64,000 nt of DNA, from positions 7,091 through 71,090 of the forward strand of contig JAFGRC010000172.1 in the NCBI GenBank assembly GCA_016935355.1, written 5' to 3'. This document shows positions 21,730-29,520 of the stretch, in pieces. The stretch comes from Bacteroidales bacterium. GTDB lineage: Bacteria; Bacteroidota; Bacteroidia; Bacteroidales; UBA10428. The first letter of the stretch is position 1; the number at the start of each line of letters is the position of its first letter. Under the pieces are notes generated by a model that was not told the origin of the DNA, did no database searches, and saw nothing but the letters and a program-made list of their open reading frames with translations. The position numbers were made by a program, and so were the translations under genes.

Positions 21730-24700
21730 ATGCCTGTCAGTCGTGCATATGTTTTAGCATTCGCGATGCTGTCTTTTTTACCGTATCGTTTGTCTGCCCA
21801 GAATTATTTACAACCAGAAATCATCTCTATTAAGGAAGGTCTGTCATCTCACTTTGTGCATGATGTCATGATCGATCAAAGGGGTTACCTTTGGGCTGCT
21901 ACCAAAAACGGACTGAACCGTTACGACGGTTATGGCTTTAAACATTTACTCACCGAACAATTACCCGCTCCCCTTCAGGAATCACAGGAAATTAAGAGAA
22001 TGGTAACCGACAGTCACGGGAACATCTGGTTTGTCAGTACTACGGGTGTGGGAATGTATGATTCAAACACGGGTGAAATCTCATTTTATGACAGGGAATC
22101 AATTGATGAAAACCTTGATGTTTCCGCTGTACTTATTGATATTTATGTCGATGCGGAAAATGCGGTATGGGTACTGACGGATGCTGGCGTGACGCAAATG
22201 AAGCCCGGCCAGTTTTCAGAATCATATGCATGGACTCAGGAGCAGCAGGACCATTCCATAACGTGTATAACGGCAGATCAGGGCGGAAGCATATGGATCG
22301 GAAGCAGCAGGGGTCCGCTTATACTGAATAAACAATCCGGAAATTTTATTGAACTGATATCAGAGACCAATCAGGCAACTTTAAGCCATCCGCATGTGAA
22401 CTGTCTTTTTGTCGAACAGGAAGGCCCGATATGGATTGGCACGGCAAAAGGGCTCAACCGGTTTGATCCTGTTAATTTTAATATACGGACATTCTATCCT
22501 GAAAGTACCGGACAATTCACACCGGGAAATGAGATACTCGACATTGCACATTATGAAGATGGCAGCATTCTCGTGGTTACGGGAACCGGAATCATGATCT
22601 TTGATTTGCAGGATGAACAATTTTCAGATGTCTATGCTGCTTCTGAAATAAAAGTATTTTCAGCAGTTTCTGATGCATTTGGAAACATATGGAGCGCAAC
22701 CTCGCGCGGTATTTTGAAATTAAGGAATTCCGATCTGCTGGTCCGGAATTACAATACCATGAGCACTGGCCTGAAACTTACGGAGAATCATGTTACAGCA
22801 TTGTATACAGTAAAGGGCGATCAACTTTGGGTCGGATATGAAAACGGTGCATATGACATTATAAACATACATACATCTGACGTCATACGAAAACAGACAA
22901 CAACCCGTGACGAAATAAGAGGATTTTACAGGTTCAGTGCGAACAGCATCATGGTGGTGACAGAACACGGTCTGATCCTCTCCGACGAGAACGGATCAGA
23001 ACTGACAAATCTGAGTACGCGCTATGCCTTTATCAGGAATGAATTTTTCCGTGATGAGCAAATCAATTGCATGTTGCAGGATCCAGCCGGCCGGATCTGG
23101 CTGGGTACATCCGACGGTCTTCAGCTGTTACAGACGGATGAAGCTGTACATCAAAGAAGGACTGTACTGAAAAGCGCTGGTGACAGTCTTGTACTGCATC
23201 AGGTTTATGATATTGCCATTGATAACAGGAACAATTTGTGGCTGGGTACCGACAACGGTCTGATATTGTTTGATCCTGAACAGGAAAGCTTCTATAAATA
23301 TACTCCTTATGACAAAGTACTGCTGAATACCGAAAATAAAAAAGTATATAAGATCATATCTGAAGCACCTGATCATTTCTGGATTGGTACGTCGCGGGGT
23401 ATATTCAGGTTTGATATCAATAACCGGGAATTTACCGCACTGAATGACCCTGATCTTATGAACTCGGCAGTAAGAACCGTTACGTTTGACCAGTACGGTA
23501 ATATCTGGATCGGAACGGATATGGGACTGTATTATTACAAAACTGACAGAAATGCCTTGTTGTTTTTTAATCCCGATGAAGGTCTTGTCAATTATGCATA
23601 CAATGCATCCACTGCAGATGGTGCAGGAAATGTATATGTGGGGGGTGACCATGGACTGTCCCGTGTAAACATCATATCGGTCGAACCGAGTTTCAGATAT
23701 CATGATGTGGTGATCACCGGAATGTACTGGATTGAAAAGGATATCAGGGAAGAAATATCTTTCGAAGTTCCCGATACGCTGATACTGCCTCTGAGAAAAA
23801 ATTCCCTGCAGATCAATTTTGCGGTGCTGGACCTTTCAAATCCTGAAAGCAACCGTTTCAGCTATGCATTTGTAAAAGCAGGGAGTTCGATTGAATCCTA
23901 CCGCAACACTTCACAACCTTATGTCATTTTAAATCCTTTATCTCACGGCAAGTATGTATTCAGTGTTAAAGGTTCCAATTCACATATGGTCTGGAATCCT
24001 GCGGATGACATGGTTGTTATTATCGTTGGAGCCCCTTTCTGGAGATCCACAATAGCATTGATCCTATATGGCATATTGGTGACCGGACTATTAACAGTTT
24101 TGTTCAGACAATGGTCGGGATGGATTTCAAAAAAGAACAGGCAAAGAAAGGAGAAAGAAATGATTGCAAAGCAGATCATGGAACAGAAGGAAGAGCTGAG
24201 TGTAAAAAACAAAAGCATAACCGACAGCATCAATTATGCAAAAAGAATCCAGACAGCCATGCTTCCCCCATACAAAATGCTCAAAACGATCTTTCCGTCA
24301 TCTTTTATCCTGTACATGCCAAAAGATATTGTAAGCGGCGACTTTTACTGGATCAATACGATGTACGACAAGACATTCCTGGCTGCGGTGGACTGTACCG
24401 GACATGGAGTCCCGGGTGCGTTTATGTCGATAATCGGATTTGAACTGTTCCGGAAGATTACCAGCATTGAGGGATTGACAAGACCTTCAGACATACTGAA
24501 CAGACTCAATGAGGATTTTCATGAGATCTTCAAGGATGTCGATAATGTTGTGCTTCGCGACGGGATGGATGTAGCGTTTTGTTCAATTGATAAAAACAAC
24601 AAAATTCTGGAGTTTGCCGGAGCTTTCAATCCCTTATACCTGATACGGGATGATAAAATCACTGAGATAAAAGGCGACCGGTTTGCCATTGGGCTGGATG

Positions 24701-24975
24701 AAACAAATTTCATGGATCAGACCTTTAAGAATCACATCATACCGTTACAGGAAGAAGACATCATCTATATCTTTTCCGACGGATTTGCTGACCAGTTTGG
24801 AGGTCCTGACGGAAAAAAATACAAATACCGTCGTTTCAAACATCTGTTGTTGAATTTGCACCGGCTTGAAATGGAAAAGCAACGGGAAATTCTTGAAAAT
24901 AATGTGCTCGAATGGAGGGGTGAACAGGAACAGGTGGATGATATCCTGATCATCGGTATAAAAATGGACTTTTGA
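21730..24975 (+). CDS. Periplasmic beta-propeller/Y_Y_Y sensor fused to a PP2C (SpoIIE-type) serine phosphatase
   Basis: It has a signal peptide and multiple two-component-regulator propeller-type repeats (W.gT..GL.r.d). A Y_Y_Y-like segment (FSYAFVKAG...HGKYVFSVKG) follows, then one TM segment (FWRSTIALILYGILVTGLLTVLF) and a coiled coil. The C-terminal PP2C motifs are SGDFYW, DCTGHGVPGAFMS and SDGFADQFGG. Confidence 0.85.
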   Translation: MPVSRAYVLAFAMLSFLPYRLSAQNYLQPEIISIKEGLSSHFVHDVMIDQRGYLWAATKNGLNRYDGYGFKHLLTEQLPAPLQESQEIKRMVTDSHGNIWFVSTTGVGMYDSNTGEISFYDRESIDENLDVSAVLIDIYVDAENAVWVLTDAGVTQMKPGQFSESYAWTQEQQDHSITCITADQGGSIWIGSSRGPLILNKQSGNFIELISETNQATLSHPHVNCLFVEQEGPIWIGTAKGLNRFDPVNFNIRTFYPESTGQFTPGNEILDIAHYEDGSILVVTGTGIMIFDLQDEQFSDVYAASEIKVFSAVSDAFGNIWSATSRGILKLRNSDLLVRNYNTMSTGLKLTENHVTALYTVKGDQLWVGYENGAYDIINIHTSDVIRKQTTTRDEIRGFYRFSANSIMVVTEHGLILSDENGSELTNLSTRYAFIRNEFFRDEQINCMLQDPAGRIWLGTSDGLQLLQTDEAVHQRRTVLKSAGDSLVLHQVYDIAIDNRNNLWLGTDNGLILFDPEQESFYKYTPYDKVLLNTENKKVYKIISEAPDHFWIGTSRGIFRFDINNREFTALNDPDLMNSAVRTVTFDQYGNIWIGTDMGLYYYKTDRNALLFFNPDEGLVNYAYNASTADGAGNVYVGGDHGLSRVNIISVEPSFRYHDVVITGMYWIEKDIREEISFEVPDTLILPLRKNSLQINFAVLDLSNPESNRFSYAFVKAGSSIESYRNTSQPYVILNPLSHGKYVFSVKGSNSHMVWNPADDMVVIIVGAPFWRSTIALILYGILVTGLLTVLFRQWSGWISKKNRQRKEKEMIAKQIMEQKEELSVKNKSITDSINYAKRIQTAMLPPYKMLKTIFPSSFILYMPKDIVSGDFYWINTMYDKTFLAAVDCTGHGVPGAFMSIIGFELFRKITSIEGLTRPSDILNRLNEDFHEIFKDVDNVVLRDGMDVAFCSIDKNNKILEFAGAFNPLYLIRDDKITEIKGDRFAIGLDETNFMDQTFKNHIIPLQEEDIIYIFSDGFADQFGGPDGKKYKYRRFKHLLLNLHRLEMEKQREILENNVLEWRGEQEQVDDILIIGIKMDF

Positions 24976-24980
24976 TCAGA

Positions 24981-26768
24981 TCAGCTTTCGTTTTCCCCGG
25001 ATTCAAGTAAATTTTTCATTTTCTGAACCAGCAGATCAACCTGAAATGGTTTGCTGATATAATCATTCATTCCGGCTGCCAGACAGGTTTCCTTGTCTCC
25101 CGAAAGCGCATTTGCAGTTATGGCAATAATGGGTGTCAGCGTATTGGAAGATGATTCCAGTTCCCGTATTTTTTTTGTCGCGACAATACCATTAATGACA
25201 GGCATCTGAATGTCCATAAGGATCAGATCGTACTTGGCCGATCCGAATTTATCAAGGGCGTCCTTCCCGTTATGGGCAACATCAATGTTCTTTACCAGAT
25301 TTTTTAAGCTTAAAATAATGATTTTCTGATTGATAGCATTATCTTCGACCAGTAAAATGTTCGAATCTTTCAGTTCAACTTTGTGTTTGACCTGAAGCAG
25401 TCTGGTCACTTCCCTGTCCGGTTCAGTTCTTTTATACCCTGTAAAATGTGTATCTTTTTTCAAAGTTAACCTGAATGTCATGGAAGTGAAGTTGTCTGAA
25501 GTCGATATATCGAGTTCACCACCATAAAATTCAATGATCTTCTTTGCAATGATAAAATCAATAAAGTAATCATCAGGATGGTAGGTCCCTTCATGAATAA
25601 GTTCAGGACCGGGTCTGGCATAATAATTGCCGTAATCGTCTGATTCCAGATGAAGCAACGGACACCTGACGATAAAAGTCAGTGCTGTTTCCTGCTCACG
25701 ATCCTCCGCGACATCAACATCTGCTTCAATGGTGATCTTATGATCGGGATTTGCTTTGATCACATTCTCAATAATGTTGAGGAATATTTGTTTCACCCTT
25801 ATGGGATCACCAATATAATTGGTCTTTATGTTTTTTGAGATGTTCAGTGCAATGTCAATACGATCTTTGTACTGATCCCGGAACAACTTGAAAATACTCT
25901 CAATGGAAGCGTATAAGTCAAAGCTGACCTGACTGCTGACTTCTTTTTCAATTTTTACCTCTGAGACTTTGACGATGTTGTTGACCACATTGATCAGATT
26001 GATTGTCGATGCCATAATGGTATCAAAAAGATCACGCAGTTCGGGATCCAGCCGGGATTTGTTTACAAGATTTGAAACGACTGTCAGGTTGTTCAGAGGT
26101 GTTCTGATCTGGTGTGATAACTTGGACAGGAAATCCTCCTTTTGCCGGATCTCATTTTTAGACTCGATGATTGACCGTGTAAGTACCTGATAGTTGTGAA
26201 GTTTCAGGTATTCATGGAAATATATCATCAGGTGAATGATGGCATAAGCTCCGCCAAGTCTTATGGAAACTGCTGCTGTATATTCCTGTGATCCTTGAAT
26301 CTGTTGGTGTAAGGAAAAAAATGCTATGATCAACACAAAGAAGATAAATGACACTACATTACCCCGGCTCAGGCCATATAATGGAATTGAAAAGACCGGA
26401 AAAAACAACACCCAGATAAATCCGGTACCGGCAGTCCCTCCCGTATATAACAGGTATAGCATCACAACAGCAGCCAGTAGCGTGAGAATGAACTTACAGG
26501 TTCTCTGATGCTTTGCAAAATGATAAAAGATCAGATTTAAAATCAAAACACCTGCCGCCCCCAGCAATACAAAGGATAAGGCATTATTCTGACCGGTTAA
26601 AGCCATGATCCCGAATATAATACATATGACGGCACAGGTGAGGTGGTAAAGATAGATGAACAGGATTTTATTGACTACTTCCAGGTCAGACTGTCGTTCA
26701 AGTTTTTTTGTCAGACGATCCAGTAACAAATAGAGCAGATTCATTCTTGTTGAATTGGCCTTTGTCAA
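24981..26768 (-). CDS. Hybrid sensor histidine kinase / response regulator with about 6 N-terminal TM helices and a degenerate HATPase-like domain
   Basis: The HisKA H-box is SHQIRTPLNNL. An N-box-like NIIENVIKAN is present, but I can see no G1 (DxGxG) or G2 (GxGLGL) boxes. The receiver domain is intact (LLVEDN, LILMDIQMP, ITA, ISKP). Confidence 0.85.
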   Translation of the reverse strand: MTKANSTRMNLLYLLLDRLTKKLERQSDLEVVNKILFIYLYHLTCAVICIIFGIMALTGQNNALSFVLLGAAGVLILNLIFYHFAKHQRTCKFILTLLAAVVMLYLLYTGGTAGTGFIWVLFFPVFSIPLYGLSRGNVVSFIFFVLIIAFFSLHQQIQGSQEYTAAVSIRLGGAYAIIHLMIYFHEYLKLHNYQVLTRSIIESKNEIRQKEDFLSKLSHQIRTPLNNLTVVSNLVNKSRLDPELRDLFDTIMASTINLINVVNNIVKVSEVKIEKEVSSQVSFDLYASIESIFKLFRDQYKDRIDIALNISKNIKTNYIGDPIRVKQIFLNIIENVIKANPDHKITIEADVDVAEDREQETALTFIVRCPLLHLESDDYGNYYARPGPELIHEGTYHPDDYFIDFIIAKKIIEFYGGELDISTSDNFTSMTFRLTLKKDTHFTGYKRTEPDREVTRLLQVKHKVELKDSNILLVEDNAINQKIIILSLKNLVKNIDVAHNGKDALDKFGSAKYDLILMDIQMPVINGIVATKKIRELESSSNTLTPIIAITANALSGDKETCLAAGMNDYISKPFQVDLLVQKMKNLLESGENES

Positions 26769-26942
26769 ATATATTTATTCACTTGCTAATATAAAAACAG
26801 TTAAAAATAATAAATATTTACAGAATTCAGTTATAAAAACAATGAACTGCCTGTTCATTGAATATCGGATTAAGGGTATGCCACTTTAAAAAATATGCAA
26901 TAAATTTGTAAAATGACCACAACCGGCGGAAGGAAGACTTTA

Positions 26943-27629
26943 ATGAAAAGCATCATTTTATCGGCAACACTTGTCTTCTGCAGCACCTTAATGGCGGCAG
27001 GGCAGGATGCATCACAGATGATCCGGTATACTCCCGATTTCAAATTCAAAGACGGACTTTTTCTCCGTTTTGAGCAGGTCCAGCAGAACAGCCCGATACC
27101 GATATCCCTGATCATCAGTCCGGTTCCCTATGACGATCAGGATTTTTATGAAAGAATTTTACAGGACAAAGTGGTACAGTATTTTGATCAGCTGGGGATT
27201 GTGCAGGAAATTCAGATAAAGGATTTGTGGGGTTATTCCCATAACGGAATGTTGCACGTTAATATAAACGATGGTTTTTACCGCATTACTGTCATAGGAA
27301 AGATATGTCATTTTGTTGCCAGTCTGACCACATACAATAATTATTATAACCCGTATTATCCTTATACTTCACCTTATTATTATCCCTATTACAATCCCTA
27401 TTCGTATTATCCCGACAGGAGAACTACTGAAATGAGGCAGTACCTGCTGGATTTCACCACAGGTAATATCATGGATTATGATGTTCCGGAAATAGAAGTT
27501 TTACTCATGGCCGATCCTGAATTGCATGATGAGTATACATCGCTCAGCAAAAGAAAAAGAAGGCAAAGCAAATTTCTGTATATCAGAAAATTCAATGACC
27601 GTAATCCACTGTATTTTCCGGCCAACTGA
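26943..27629 (+). CDS. Hypothetical secreted protein with a Tyr/Pro/Asn-rich low-complexity segment
   Basis: The ATG at 26943 gives the signal peptide MKSIILSATLVFCSTLMAAGQ. The internal low-complexity run is YNNYYNPYYPYTSPYYYPYYNPYSYYP. Confidence 0.65.
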   Translation: MKSIILSATLVFCSTLMAAGQDASQMIRYTPDFKFKDGLFLRFEQVQQNSPIPISLIISPVPYDDQDFYERILQDKVVQYFDQLGIVQEIQIKDLWGYSHNGMLHVNINDGFYRITVIGKICHFVASLTTYNNYYNPYYPYTSPYYYPYYNPYSYYPDRRTTEMRQYLLDFTTGNIMDYDVPEIEVLLMADPELHDEYTSLSKRKRRQSKFLYIRKFNDRNPLYFPAN

Positions 27630-27664
27630 ACTGCGGTTTTGTATATGCGTTTGCAAATTTAATA

Positions 27665-28519
27665 ATGATGAATATGAAAAAAATAGTGATCACCTGGATT
27701 TTTCTGATGGCTTTTCCGGTATTGTTTGCTCAAAGCTATGTTCCATCCAGAGAGGATATTACAGCGTTTTTCAATACGACAACCCTTGTAGTTCTTGATG
27801 ATAGTCCGATCAGTGAATATAATACAATTATTTCCGGTGTGATGGAACAGGAGTGGAATGTAACTGATTTTGACTTTATTTCAAATAAAGAGTTTGAGGA
27901 AAAAAGGTTTGATCCTGCTTATTCTTTTATTTATAGCGCACAGGTTACATTTGAAAATGATAAAACTGATGCCCGGTACAGATTTCTCCATCTTACTCTG
28001 GGAGGAGACTATTTCAGACTGAACGAAATGCCTGATCTGGCTTCGGTACCATTGGCATACCATAGTGTGGATGAGGACCGGTATTCCTATAAGCTGGCAA
28101 TACTGGTAAGGTTCATTCAGAACCATGTGATGCTGATCCGTGAACATCCCGAGATCGTATCTTCCAACGTATTCAAATATTATAACAACAACATCAGGGA
28201 GATCAGGGATAAAATCCTTTATCTGCTTGAAGAGGAAATTGCTCCGGAGATCAGGAATACCTCAGGCATTCAGAAGGTCTATCCGTATAATTTTCAGATG
28301 GTTACAATGGAGGATATTGAAGAGGCAATTAAGCGCAGGGATCCGGATGTGGTTTTTCTGCATAAAGTGGGACCGGAAGGCACCAAACTTAATGCACGTT
28401 CTTATAAAATAATCATCGGAGCTGCAAATGCCAATTTTTATTATTTTGATTATCATATGATCAGCAATAAAAATCCGGATGGATTTCTGGAATCTGATTT
28501 TAAGAAATTGGCAAGGTGA
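27665..28519 (+). CDS. Hypothetical secreted protein (about 281-284 aa)
   Basis: The signal peptide is MKKIVITWIFLMAFPVLFAQ, with in-frame ATGs at 27665, 27668 and 27674. I recognise no family. Confidence 0.65.
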   Translation: MMNMKKIVITWIFLMAFPVLFAQSYVPSREDITAFFNTTTLVVLDDSPISEYNTIISGVMEQEWNVTDFDFISNKEFEEKRFDPAYSFIYSAQVTFENDKTDARYRFLHLTLGGDYFRLNEMPDLASVPLAYHSVDEDRYSYKLAILVRFIQNHVMLIREHPEIVSSNVFKYYNNNIREIRDKILYLLEEEIAPEIRNTSGIQKVYPYNFQMVTMEDIEEAIKRRDPDVVFLHKVGPEGTKLNARSYKIIIGAANANFYYFDYHMISNKNPDGFLESDFKKLAR

Positions 28520-28685
28520 TGTTTCATTGGGAATTGGATTTGATAATGGGAATTTACGGGTGCAGCCGGTCCGGTGATGAATGAATTGTTATGTTCACAT
28601 ATGCGATTTACCGAATAAACAAACAAACGTCTTAACAATTAAACAATATTTATTACTTTCATAGTCTGATTAAAATGTTAGCCGG

Positions 28686-29441
28686 ATGATCCGCATCAAA
28701 TCGGGTATTGTTCTTACATACTTGTTCTTATTTCTTGGAAGTGATCTGATTGCACAGGATCCTTCAAGGGCAAATGATCTGCTTTCTGAAGCGGATGTGC
28801 ATATCGGCAACAATCAACTTGGACAGGCCCTTGAAAAGACCAGGGAAGCATTACGGGTCGATCCGTCAAGTATGGCTGCAATTCAGAAGCAGATCAATAT
28901 TTATTATCTGATGAATGATAACAAGGAAGCTTTAAGGCTGGCTGATGCTGCCATAAAGAAATACCCCGGCGATCCGGAATTGTTATACCTCAGGGGGATT
29001 ATCAACAACAGCCGGGGACGTTATGCCAGGGCCCTTGAAGACTTTGATCAGGCACTGACTTTGCAGGATGAAGCTGGCGCTTATAAAATTTATCTGGGAC
29101 GGGGAATTGCTCATATGAGTCTTGTGGAATATGAACAGGCCATGTCGGATTTCTCCAGGTCAATTGAATTAAACGATAACATAGCGGGTGCTTATCACAG
29201 CCGTGCCCTCCTGAACTATGAACTCCAGGATTATCATGCCGCAATAGAAGACTTTCTGAAAACCCTGGAACGTAATGTGGAAAATGATGTGTTGTATTTC
29301 AACCTGGGTATGTCATATTACAGACTTTCTGATCGGACAAATGCATGTCCGTATTTTCACAAAGCCTGTACAATGGGGAACAACAATGCATGCAGGATGG
29401 TGCTGATGGAATGTGCCAAAGCACTACCGTATATCCCTTAA
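28686..29441 (+). CDS. Tetratricopeptide-repeat protein with a Cys-rich C-terminus
   Basis: It has a signal-peptide-like N-terminus and several TPR-type A..Y/F...A helix pairs. The C-terminus reads ACPYFHKACTMGNNNACRMVLMEC. Confidence 0.75.
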   Translation: MIRIKSGIVLTYLFLFLGSDLIAQDPSRANDLLSEADVHIGNNQLGQALEKTREALRVDPSSMAAIQKQINIYYLMNDNKEALRLADAAIKKYPGDPELLYLRGIINNSRGRYARALEDFDQALTLQDEAGAYKIYLGRGIAHMSLVEYEQAMSDFSRSIELNDNIAGAYHSRALLNYELQDYHAAIEDFLKTLERNVENDVLYFNLGMSYYRLSDRTNACPYFHKACTMGNNNACRMVLMECAKALPYIP

Positions 29442-29520
29442 AGATATACATCGTTATTCTGAAATCCAGGCAGCGTGTATTTCATAACCCTGTCATCACT
29501 GCTGATATTATTTGTCTTGA

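Noticed and set aside
23128-23703. 191-aa minus-strand ORF inside the sensor-phosphatase gene
   Set aside because: It is a shadow ORF of the 1081-aa gene, whose propeller-repeat periodicity supports the plus-strand frame.
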